A stretch of 62,864 bases of DNA, counting the filler, from Choristocarpus tenellus KU-1152 (taxonomy: Eukaryota; Protista; Phaeophyceae), in assembly GCA_964200185.2 (NCBI GenBank). It is 11 parts of 11 records of this genome, joined end to end, with 100 filler letters (N's around TTAATTAATTAA, not from the genome) between each part and the next. Parts side by side here need not be neighbours in the genome. Positions count along the whole stretch, not along the records: positions 49,137 to 53,075 come from CAXNAD020017040.1; positions 53,176 to 58,479 come from CAXNAD020011214.1; positions 58,580 to 62,864 come from CAXNAD020015294.1; 8 more parts are not named here. One strand, given 5' to 3'. The notes below the pieces were generated by a model, which did not search any database, was not told where the DNA came from, and saw only the letters and a program-made list of their open reading frames with translations. Position numbers and translations under genes: made by a program. Numbering within the stretch: the stretch's first letter is position 1; each line of letters opens with the position of its first letter. Positions 52,363 through 62,864 of the stretch are shown here, piece after piece.

Positions 52363-52543
52363 GGTTCAAAGTGTCTGGGGTGGGATGGTGGCTGTCCAGT
52401 TGGGGTCCATTTTTCCATATCGCGCTTTTGGGGTGATTTGGTTGCATGCGTCGGGTGGATAATGCAAGTGCACTTTTCCTGATCAGGGCCTGAATGGACA
52501 CCCTGGTGTAGACCCACTCCCCCCCCTCCAGATACTTTGAGCC
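52363..52543 (-). mobile_element. MITE family B, full copy (181 bp)
   Basis: TIRs GGTTCAAAGTGTCTGG ... CCAGATACTTTGAGCC. Perfect 4-bp TSD CCAA. Confidence 0.9.
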
Positions 52544-53075
52544 CCAAAACACCATGCTTAATGGAATTTGTTCCTATCTGTCCGTTCGTATACAAGAACA
52601 AATATGGATTAACCAACTAATAATTCTTGTATTCTGACTCTGCATGTATACTACTAGTGAATATCCGTTACAGTTGGAGGAGTCTATTCGAACAGAAGGT
52701 ACTAAAACATGATCTTTCCCATTGTCAACTCTCTATTGTCCTCTTGTGTGTTGTTGCCTTCGACCCTTTTATTGCTGGATTTTGATTTTCCTACGTAACA
52801 ATCCATGCAAGGTGTGAGGGAGCATAGTAATATGTAGTAACACGATTGATTCCAAGGTGCCTGGGGTTGAAAAAGTCAACTAACTAGAAAGAAGAAGGAA
52901 AGACCTAGCCAAGTTCAAAGAACAATCGAACTTCATCCGTTCTATTCCTCAACAAATTTTGTAGGAAGTAAAAAACTTGTGAACAGGTCCCACGGGAAGC
53001 AAGAGATCAAATGGATGAGATGTTGAACAGAACAGTGTTCGAAAACTACATCCATTGCATGTTCAACAAATTTCT

Positions 53076-53175
53076 NNNNNNNNNNNNNNNNNNNNNNNNN
53101 NNNNNNNNNNNNNNNNNNNTTAATTAATTAANNNNNNNNNNNNNNNNNNNNNNNNNNNNNNNNNNNNNNNNNNNN
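53076..53175. other. Artificial contig spacer
   Basis: Same linker. Confidence 0.98.
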
Positions 53176-54299
53176 TGGACTCAATTCAACACAACAATCT
53201 CATATACACAAAATAAGGTACACCTCACTATTGTCCTATTTTGCACAGAATTGTCTTATCGCTTTCCCTCTACCTTTTGGCTGGAAGTACGGGTTTGTAA
53301 CAATTCATCCTGTCTCGTGTTGGACTTCTGGGTTATCACTTGCCACTAATCGCAGGGAATCTGTCTGTATATTCCACTACTAACAGCGGAAAATGACAAG
53401 CTCATCAACCACCTTACAACGCATACGAGGATGACACATGAGGCAAAAAACTCAAGAGTCACCACAAATATCAGGCAGGTCCGAAGCAATGAATGCATAG
53501 AGAGTCAGTAGTGTGTGGGTAGATTACACCTTGTGACCAAATGCACAAGGCTGTGTGGTTATGTGAGCTGTGAGGCGTTCAGTCATGCTCCTGTACTTTG
53601 GTTGACAGGAGCACACTAGTTGGTTGGAAACACAGTAGTTCCTTCCAGCACGACTACTGTTGTTCCCATTTTTCACTTTGCTCTCCGGACAACCCATACA
53701 TCAGGATACCTCAGCCTCACTCCTTAGTTGCGTCTACTGGGAAAGGCAGGATCGGTTCCATGTGCAATGACTACAAATATATTTCCTTGGTAGCAAGGGG
53801 ACAATTTATTCCACCCCACTTTTAAGCAAGGCATTTAGACTTGTCCATCAATGTTTTGACGCTATTACTTCAAAGTAGTACTTTGAAGTAAAATAGAATT
53901 CTCCAATAGCCCCCTGTGCATCCATAGTGACAAATTTCACACAGCACGGATGCTGGAGCAAGGTGGGCGCGAACACCTCTCTCTGTATATAGATAATGTG
54001 TTGAGAATTTCGAGGGGGAAGTGATGCTTCCCATATCTGTGCCTGGGAGACAACTCCCCCACACTCACTCGCATTAGTGTTTCAGTTGCTCGCAGATACA
54101 TATCAGTTTCTATCTATTGGTTTATGACCACCGCAGAGTCCATCACACGCTGAGGCGACGGCATGCATAGTTGCATATTACTGTGCTGAGGAACGATATG
54201 ACTCACTGTTGTTGTGTTTTTATCGATCTTACCCCTCTCACCACTGATTTATTTCCCAGAAATGCAGGTCAATAAGCGATGAGGCTATAGCGTAGCGGC

Positions 54300-55500
54300 A
54301 AGGCATCGTCCATGCTACCATGTTTTGAAACAAACTTAATACTACGAAGGACGTTGGTCAACTTGAGGAACAGTTCAACTTCCGAAAATACTGATCTAGC
54401 TGATATTGGGTGTTTCGGGGATAGGATGCTAAGGTTACATGTGTTCATAGTTAGCAGTTCAGCTTGGCTGTGCAGTCCACCTCAGGCAATAGGTTCGCCC
54501 CAACACCTTCGTTACTACATCACACTCTAACCCCTGGCTCACATCGCACCCTTGTTGCCAACACATCAAGCAAACACGCTATACAGTCCATGCAAATCAA
54601 CAATCGCATCTTATACCTTTCCCAATCTTCCTTCTACTTCAAAATTCCGCAACTCCATCCCAACACAGTACTAAAGTACTCCACTTTCCACCCTAAACCA
54701 GATTTATCCACTACATTAAACAACCATGCAAACGTACGGCATGCTATCTGCACCAACCACCCTTGAGGTTTAGTGCAAATAATGCTCTAATATGCTTACT
54801 CACTACTCGAACAATACCCTGCACCCTCCACCTTCATTTCACACAGTTAATCTATCTCACTACTTTTTCGACCCACGATTCACTCGGCATTACACACGCC
54901 CAAAACGTATTATTTACCGAATGTGTGCTCCCTTGAATTGTCACGTGCTAGAAACCCTCGAGCCCTGCTGTTGCAACTACAACATTACATTGCACCCCCA
55001 ATCCACATAATCTCCTGTGGATAGATGGGGAAGTCCTTTACTTCGTAGGATTCCCAAACAGCCCAATAGTTCCTGCTCCAACATAAATCTGGGCTTCACA
55101 CCGACTATTAAAATTGGTCCATCACGTTCTACACCCTCAATGCAGATTCACGATATACACGCAATTCCCTACAGGCATCAAGCGCAATAACTGGTACGAA
55201 TATTGTTCCTACTGAGATATTCACATTGTACACATGCCACTCTAATCTCCCACAACTCCCTTTTCAATCCTATATGCTAATCATGTTGACACACCACAAC
55301 TACAAACCCATACATACAAATCACCTGCAGATGCACCCTCCTCTCAAGCGTAGAGTGCCAAGGACCCTCCTATCCCTACTCCAGTACCACACTTCACCTG
55401 CCTGTCACCCAGATATACTTCGAGGTAATTCTTGGTTCCCCTACACAACGTTTACAGTCATTTCCACCTCAAACTAGAATTGCCGATCGCACCACTCCCA
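54300..55500 (+). pseudogene. Possible heavily decayed LINE ORF2 (post-RT region)
   Basis: Strong C/A strand bias. ILGV and LTPGSHRTLVAN...RILYLSQ loosely resemble L1-type post-RT motifs. Confidence 0.25.
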
Positions 55501-56120
55501 ACCGAAATTAATAACACGCGCGCGCGCGTCTACACACACACATTTACACGCTTCAATAATATAGTGAGAGTGCCGCTCAAATGCCCTACTGTAACCTTCT
55601 TTCCCTGCTTTGGTTCACATTGATAACATTTGGTCAGTCCCTTCCCCAGTAATTTGGTGCCGCCCTTTCCATCCTCAACTAGTCACACTTACGCACATCA
55701 CATGGCATTAGCACACACCAGTACACATTTATTGTATTCATATACTCATACATCATGTGTCGTATATATATTGTGCTCCTTTCTTGAGTATAGTGAGTAC
55801 TAAGGACCATCATGTCCAACATCGTACATCACCTTTCACCATAATGTTATGTTGCTCAGTCCCTCCCCAGACACCTCCGTCCTCGCATTTGTGATGAGTA
55901 TTGTTGGCACCATTGATTAAACTTCTCATACACATACATAGTGTGCAAGATACTTCAAAATATTAGTTTGTGCTATCCTAAGATACTATAATATAAATAT
56001 GATTATTGTTTTCTTACATAATTTAGGTATCTGTTTCGTCCCCTTCTGACATATCTCCAAAATGTCAGAGAAAATAATAATGTTGAACAATATCGAGTTA
56101 AACGTACTGAGAGGTAGGCA

Positions 56121-56219
56121 TGCATACGTCGGATGGATACCGTAAATGCACTTTTCCTGATTTTGGTCCAAATGGGCACCCTGGTGTAGACCCCCCCACC
56201 CTCCTAGATACTTTGGGTC
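56121..56219 (-). mobile_element. MITE family B, half copy nested in family C
   Basis: Matches about 52444-52543 and ends CTAGATACTTTGGGTC. Confidence 0.8.
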
Positions 56220-56276
56220 TGCATCTGAAGGATGCCGAGAAGGGGCAAGATGATGCCATTCGTACAATTGTAGAAA

Positions 56277-56545
56277 GCATGAAAGTATCTTAGAGGGTAC
56301 GAGTTTTCCCCTTTTTGTCCGTTTGGGGCTTGGCTTCCCATGGAATCTTCTATGACATTGTCCTACTCCAAAATGTTAAGGAGTAGGTAAAGTGTGTATG
56401 TTATCAAAAGGTGTGCCCGGAACATGGATATTGACACTTCCTAACAAACACGATAGCCAAAATCTCATCAAAATCTCATCAAAATCGCAACATTGGATTT
56501 TGGCCCCTAATGGACGCGGCTCTATCCTCTAAGATACTTTGGCTC
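56277..56545 (-). mobile_element. MITE family A, full copy nested in family C
   Basis: TIRs present with perfect TSD GAAA. The empty site has a single GAAA at 48222-48225. Confidence 0.93.
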
Positions 56546-57614
56546 GAAAGAGTCATTACTGGATCGTGCTGTCACTTTCTGTGTGGAAAGGGGGAGAATC
56601 AATTTTGCGTACACTATTGTGAACAAAAAGCATTGAAATAGAGTGTATTGCAGAGGGTAAGAAAGACTCCTTGGAATGGAAAATGGTCCAAACCTGCCTT
56701 TCTCTCAATTGGTTTGGCTTGTCACCAACCTCTAGACCGAGCATAGGTATCTACTAGGCGACCAATGGTACACACATACCACCATGACCACGAGGAAAAG
56801 AAAAAAAAATTGTAGTTACCAACCTCCAAGGGAGCATTGTGTGTTGTTAGTTTTCAAAGAGTAGATATTTCTTAGGTATCTTTTGCATTGACGACAGCTG
56901 CTATTATTATAGCAGTCCTCATGATGTAGTTGTTGTTTTTTTCCCTGACACATCTGCAAAATGTCAACGGGCATAATAATATACTTCGGAGTATAATAAT
57001 AGTACGAGGTAGTCATGTGTATGAAATAGCTGGGGAGGTGATGACTTGCTCATTTCACAATAGAGCAGAGGATTTGTTATTTGGGCAAGGCAGGGGGGGA
57101 AATTGAGTTTTTGAGCGCACTATGTAGATGCGCCACCATCATTATCTCCCCTTTGTCTACGACATAATTCTACCTACCTTTGTAGAGAGTCACAAGGGCT
57201 CAGGCAAATGTGTAACAACTCTGTCAAGCGATAATCCTATTGAGTTTTCCTACGTCTCACATGCAACGACCATACATAATGGGCTATTGCAGACCTTCCG
57301 TGATCAGCATAGGGTACCGTGGGTGCCTCTCTTACGCTTGTAGGTGTAGGTCTGCGCGTGGGTTGTAGGGGGGGAATTGTGCCAAGGGAAAAAGAGGAGA
57401 GGTGGTTCGGCCAGTTCTTAGCCAAATTTGCTATAGCAGCTGCAAGAGGAAAGCATCATCGGGTGTGTGCCTGGGTAAACTTGGAAGGGCTGTGCTGGGG
57501 GGAAAAGAGGAGGAGAAGAAGACCCACCAGTTAGCAGCTGCAGTGTTCCAGCGGGACCTGGAGGTGCACAGGGGGGGGGTTTTACGGCTGTGTTGTGAGG
57601 GAAAGAGGAGTAGA

Positions 57615-58058
57615 GAGTGAAATCATCTTAGGGGGTACGAGTTTTCCCTGTTTGTCCATTTGGGGCTTGGCTTCCCACGGGTTTTTAATGACATTTACCC
57701 CACTACAAAATATTTCGGAGTAGGTAAAATGTATACGTTATGAAAAGGAGTGTCCGGAACAAGGATATTGACATTTCCTAACAAACGACCCAAAGTATCT
57801 GGGGGGGGGGGGGGGTCTACACCAGCGTGTCCATTTGGGGCAAAATCAGGAAAAAAAGTGCATTTACAATATCCATCCGAAGTATGCAACTAAATCACCT
57901 AAAAATCGTGACATGAAAAAATTGACCCTAAATGGACAGCTGCCACCCCCTCCCAGATACTTTGAGCCAAAATGATTGCAAAACTTGCATCAAAATTGCA
58001 ACATTGAATTTTGGCCCTCAAGTTTTACGCGGCTCTACCCTCTAAGATACTTTGACTC
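57615..58058 (-). mobile_element. MITE family A copy interrupted by family B
   Basis: GAGTGAAATCATCTTAGGGGGTA ... TACCCTCTAAGATACTTTGACTC with a 182-bp insert. Confidence 0.9.
57787..57968 (+). mobile_element. MITE family B, full copy nested in family A
   Basis: GACCCAAAGTATCTGGG ... CCCAGATACTTTGAGCC. Flanks AAAC and AAAA. Confidence 0.9.
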
Positions 58059-58396
58059 AGAAGCTCCACCAAATAGCAGCTATACATAGTACTCCAGCAG
58101 CATGAGGTGAAAGGGGCAGGGGTAGGGGTTGAAGAATCCCACTCTGGACCAGCGGTAAAAATAGTCTATTGTGTGCGCATTATCGGAGGATCGTATATGG
58201 GTTAGTGTTTATACATAGAAGTAGAGTTGCAAGGGGTTGTGGCCTCAAATCCGTTGACTAAACTCACTTGTACTTGAGAGCCCTCATTAGTGTTTCATCA
58301 GTATGTGGGACTTGTAAACGTCCACACCAACAAATGAATAACCCTTTTACTTGTCTGAAGAATGCAAAGATATCTAGGACTAATCACTGGATGCAA

Positions 58397-58479
58397 GGGT
58401 GAAAGTATCTTGGGGGGGGGGGAGGGGGGGGTCTACATGCGGGTGTCCATTCGGGCCCGGACGCGGAGGAGGGGAAATT
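58397..58479 (+). mobile_element. MITE family B-like left part at contig break
   Basis: GGGTGAAAGTATCTT, poly-G, then GTCTAC...GTGTCCATT. Confidence 0.75.
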
Positions 58480-58579
58480 NNNNNNNNNNNNNNNNNNNNN
58501 NNNNNNNNNNNNNNNNNNNNNNNTTAATTAATTAANNNNNNNNNNNNNNNNNNNNNNNNNNNNNNNNNNNNNNNNNNNN
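58480..58579. other. Artificial contig spacer
   Basis: Same linker. Confidence 0.98.
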
Positions 58580-58912
58580 AGGCTCCGCCGATGATGAAAT
58601 GCCGCCACTCATAATGTTGTTTTACTTATTCCGTGAGGTAGAGTCCGGTTGCCCTCGCGGGTGGCTGGTTCTGGCGCGAAGCCCCGGTTCTTGCCAGGGC
58701 GATCTACGCGGGAGACAATGTCAGGTGGGGAGTTTGGCTGGGGCGGTACATCTGGTAAACGATAACATAGGTGTCCAAAGGTTAGCTCAATGAGGACAGA
58801 AATCTCATGTAGAACAAAAGAGCACAAGCTAGCTTGATTATGATCATCAGTACGAATACCAACTGTGAAAGCATGACCTATTGATCCTTTGGTTCTTTAG
58901 GATTTAAAGCTG

Positions 58913-58945
<33 letters not shown>

Positions 58946-59332
58946 ACTTGTGGCAGCCAAGCGTTTATAGCGACGTTGCTTTTTGATTCTTCGATGTCGG
59001 CTCTTCCTATCATTGTGTCGCAGAAGTCACCAAGAGTAGGATTGTTCACCCATTAACAGGGAACGTGAGCTGGGCTTAGATCGTCATGAGACAGGTTAGT
59101 TTTACCCTACTGTTGAGCCATTGTTGCGACAGTAATCCAACTTAGTACGAGAAGAACTGTTGGTTTGGATAATTGGATTATGGGGTTGCCCGAACGGGCA
59201 GTGCCCCGAAGCTACCATCCGTCGGATTCTGACTGGATGCCTCTAAGTCAGAATCCATGCTGAAAAGCGACGATGCACTTGCTCCCGATGTCACGAATAG
59301 CGATAGCTCTAGCCAGCCACTATTCACATCTA
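58580..59332 (+). rRNA. 28S (LSU) rRNA 3' region fragment, probably a pseudogene copy
   Basis: Conserved blocks GTCAGGTGGGGAGTTTGGCTGGGGCGG, GTCAGAAAAGTTACCACAGGGATAAC, TTCGATGTCGGCTCTTCCTATCATTG, GAGACAGGTTAGTTTTACCCTACTG, GCCTCTAAGTCAGAATCC. Many transitions at conserved sites. 3' limit approximate. Confidence 0.95.
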
Positions 59333-59752
59333 TGTGGAAAGTATATTTGTCTGTTATACCGTTATTGCCGTATGATATATACCGTTGTACCGTTGTACCG
59401 ATTGAGGCTCCTTTTCAGCATCCATGATTCCACTAGCAGACCTTCCGTCAGAATGAAATCATGGAATCTCTTCAAGAGATCAGTCCCACAGATTTGGGAC
59501 TGCTTGTCATTCAGAGTTGTCACACACGAAAGACTCACTTTGTTCTCACGTCTTGACTTATGGTGATGAATCCCCCTCTCTGAAGATGCTCATCACTCCT
59601 CAATTTTCCCTGCAAGGCTTTTCAGTCTTGCACTTGTCCAACCTTAACCTCGTACTCTCGGTTACAGTTCGTCTTGGTTCGTCTGGTCTGTCTTGCCTGG
59701 TGATTCTCTTCACCACCCTTACCTGAGTGAACCACACCGCCACACAATCACA
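59333..59752 (+). repeat. Putative 5' LTR (about 420 bp)
   Basis: TGTG...CACA ends, 1 nt before the PBS. The second LTR is not in the window, so the 5' limit is inferred. Confidence 0.6.
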
Positions 59753-59753
59753 T

Positions 59754-59770
59754 TGGCGACACCGGTGAAC
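59754..59770 (+). promoter_or_regulatory. tRNA primer-binding site
   Basis: TGGCGACACCGGTG right after the LTR-terminal CA. Complementary to a tRNA ending GUCG-CCA (Arg or Ser; not resolved). Confidence 0.7.
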
Positions 59771-60527
59771 TCAGAAATAGGGTGACAGGTAATTTATGTT
59801 TGACCACGGACGAAAGATGCTGAATGCAAGATCGAGACGAAAATGTTGTGAACAAGAGCGCCTGGCCCAGCATCTGGAAACATTGAGAACATCAGAAGAA
59901 GACGTTCAGGGACACGAATCAACAGAGGGCATGGTCCTCAGCAAAGCATGATTCTGACTCTTCTTGTCTCTCATCCACTTCATCTAGTAACATAACAATT
60001 GCCAAGCGTAGACGAGGTTCCCCCCCCTCCTCCCCCATAGATTTTCAGGCTCATACCAGACCCGTGTTGTCAACCTTAGAGCGTCGTGTCAGCTCGAGCA
60101 ACTGTGCCACTTGTCGGGTCCTTTTTCAGGACGATCTTGTCCCGCCTCCAAGTTCCACTACTTGCAATGTGGCCATTTTGCAGACTCAGCTCGGAGATGC
60201 TGCACCAGCGTTCATTGTGCACCACGCGAATGAGTGTGCGATAACAAACACTGTGCCTCCTGAATGGCTTCAGGATCTGTTGAAATTCAAGTTCGGGGAA
60301 TGGGCGTCAATCACGTAAGACCTGTTGAACAGAGTAGCGATGTCTCGCACCCACAACCACTGTCAGAAGGGAGTCGTTTTCGGTTTTACACTTCGGACAT
60401 CCCGTCTGGTCTGACAATCACAGGTTCTGGAGAAGAAGATTTGCCACTTCTTCTCTAAATGGCATGTGGCAATATCTCTGCATTCTAGTCAGTACGGTCC
60501 TGCATCCCCTGAAACAGGTGATGCTCG

Positions 60528-61400
60528 TTGTGTAGAATTTTTACCAAAAATTCTTCAAGGACCTGCCAAAACTTCTATTTTCAGGCATTGGTTAGTACGA
60601 TAGAATGGCGTTCGACAAGTGATTTGGCTCGATCGCAATCGTCCCTTGACACCCCTGTCCCCATTACACCTCCAAAGACGTGGGATGATGTCCAGAAAAC
60701 CTTGATCATTGCATTTACTCCCGCCCATGCTGTAAGTGTATCAGCCTGTAGACTAATATCCTTGAAACAGGGAGAGAGTGAGTCTGTTGACAAATATACT
60801 TTACGTTGCACAACAGCAATTAATCGTTTTTTAGACGATGTTTGTCGTACAAAATCATCATCAGATTCGGTCAACACAACAACTTTATTTGTTGAGCAAC
60901 TAAAAATAACCCTGATGGAAGACAGCTTACTCCCTACGATTCGTCTTGAGCAGATTCGGGAAGAACCTGCAACCACGTTTGCCTAGGCACGTGACTGTGC
61001 CAAACGGCATGGATCCAATAATCTGTCTGGCAATCACTCCACCCCCACAACTTACACGCTAGTCCTGTGGCCCACAACCTTCGTCGTAGACAGGTTCCTC
61101 GAGCAGATTTTGTCAACGGCTCCGTACAGAGGTGGAACGTCACCGAGCGGGGGAAGCAACCCTCAACAGGTCCCCAGCTCGGTCGTTGACAAATCCACCT
61201 ACCACAGCTAGTTCAACTGACAGATCATCACGACCCCTGGACACGTCATGCTATGCAGAGACACCATCTGCACCCCAGTACCACGCTGATCAGCACCAAA
61301 GTAGGGTGTGTCAGTACGCGGGTGGTCAGGCGGCGACTAGTGAGGGTCATACAACCCAGTTGTGCCTGGACAACCCGAAAGGTACTCGTAGGTCGTACCT
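60528..61400 (+). pseudogene. Retrotransposon gag, disrupted
   Basis: PKTWDDVQKTLIIAF...LISLKQGESESVDKYTLR. Degenerate zinc knuckle CQY...GHTTQLC. Stop at 60984. Confidence 0.8.
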
Positions 61401-61769
61401 GCATCGTAGAGGAAGGGGTCAGGTGGTCACGTTCGTGAGGATAGACAGTCAACACCAGGCCATTATTCTCCTCGTCCCAAGGGGTGCCCAGGTGGAGTTG
61501 ACTCCGGTCCACTTGGCAATAGTCATGGTTTGTTGACACCATCCTAGGGAGTGGCAAGCGTCAGAGGTTGAAATCAGTCGCACCTCTTGCTCCTCAGGAA
61601 TCGTTTATTTCCTGCACGCGTGTCACTAAGCATTTTTCTTTGCTGTTAGTTCAACCAGACTCGTGTAATAAAAATGGAACTTGGTTCAACAGTTCTTTGT
61701 GCAGATACCCATCTATGCCCAAACCTTTATGCTTTCATCACAAAGGGTTCGTGTATCTAGCACCGTTGA

Positions 61770-62864
61770 AGAACAAGAAGAAAATGACTTAACTATTGAC
61801 ACAGCAAGTGACGTACCATGTATTTGTTCGCAATCACCCTCAACTGAAACATTTTACTGTGAATTCTGTTCCACCTGGTGCAATAAATTTATGTACGGCA
61901 AACGGTTCGCCATTGCATATTGTGGATTTATTCGTTTGCACTTACACTTGGTGACACCACTTCACCAGTTGAAGCTTTAGTGATTCCCCAACTTGGCCCT
62001 GATAAAATCTGCTTGATAATAGTGTTATGCAGGCCTTCGGTGCGATCCTTGATTTGCAAGAACAACGTATCTTGTTCCTCAACAGTTCGTGTACCATTCC
62101 AGCGAGACATCACATGACGAGGAGCCCCACACAACACGTGTACGTGATACAAGTACCACTCCTTCGTGCTCTTTGGTGAGTGTGCAATATGATTTTGAGC
62201 CTGTACCCGTGCGTGTACATAAGCAGTATAACATACCACCTGGTCATTAAATCATCGTACGTTGCTCAACTGATGCTAGCCCATCGCTTGATATTGCCGT
62301 TGTAGTGGAGCCAGTCATACATTCTATACCTGCTGTAGATCAAACCGCTGAACCTACACACCCATGGAATCGTATCATAGCTGCTTGCACTCTCAGTACT
62401 TGGTCAGCAAGTAATAGATCTATATTAGTTCAAATAGCAAACCCAACAGCACGAAGGGTCCGTATCAAGAAGCCTCTCGTGATAGGTTACTTAACCCCAA
62501 TTTCCGATCAGATACCAATCACTGTTAGTGCTCTAAATACTGATTCTGCTCCATTAAGTAAAGCTAGAGAGGAGTTACATCAAGCCTTCAATAAGACAAA
62601 TGCATTCAAAGGATACCACGTTCAATCACTCACAAGTGTCTCGACGTTTAGACCTTTGTGCTCGTTATAGATCGGTATTTTCGTTGAATGCAGCAGAACT
62701 AGGCAGATGTACTCTAGCTGAAACAGAAATTCCTATAAAGCCTGGTACCAAACCTGTTGACAGGAACCCTTACAGAGCAAACCCCCGTACTCAACAAGTA
62801 ATTGACTCGTGTGTTAATACTATGGAAGAGCAAGGCATCATTGAAAAACGTGCCAGCCCTTGGG
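61770..62864 (+). pseudogene. Retrotransposon pol: aspartic protease and RT N-terminus, disrupted
   Basis: LTIDTASDVPCI (Asp at 61798). LGRCTLAETEIPIKPGTKPVDRNPYR...MEEQGIIEKRASPW at the window end. Confidence 0.85.

Larger units (their letters stand above)
56095..56720 (+). mobile_element. MITE family C copy carrying two nested insertions
   Basis: Segments 56095-56120, 56220-56276 and 56546-56720 are colinear with 48138-48395. Confidence 0.82.
59333..62864 (+). mobile_element. Decayed Ty3/gypsy LTR retrotransposon, 5' half
   Basis: Putative LTR, primer-binding site, gag, aspartic protease, then RT start. The protease-RT order is gypsy-type. Runs off the window. Confidence 0.88.

Noticed and set aside
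6837-58579. Recurring TTAATTAATTAA palindrome as a biological repeat or CRISPR-like array
   Set aside because: Always centred in an exact 44N+12+44N block with stops in six frames, so it is an assembly linker.

Overview
Eukaryotic draft-genome sequence. It is 11 unordered contig pieces joined by ten artificial 100-bp spacers (44 N + TTAATTAATTAA + 44 N), so neighbourhoods across spacers mean nothing. The 28S signature, TTAGGG repeats and intron-rich genes fit a stramenopile, possibly a brown alga or relative (inference). Host genes: a complete 4-exon proteasome activator PA28/REG gene, an intronless Gly/Tyr-rich protein with 3 RanBP2 zinc fingers, the 3' end of a PiT/PHO4 phosphate transporter, the 3' part of a PPR-like gene, and part of a p300/CBP-type (KAT11) acetyltransferase followed directly by a bromodomain. 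Mobile DNA dominates the rest: a decayed tyrosine-recombinase (Ngaro/DIRS-group) retrotransposon, a Ty3/gypsy element directly after a mutated 28S rDNA fragment, LINE remnants and probable DNA-transposon relics. Three related short TIR elements (MITE families A, B, C) with 4-bp target duplications and mostly GAG...CTC ends (Sola2-like) are repeatedly nested in one another. The nested MITE community and the HAT-bromodomain architecture are the most interesting signals. I cannot show that either is undescribed without database searches.
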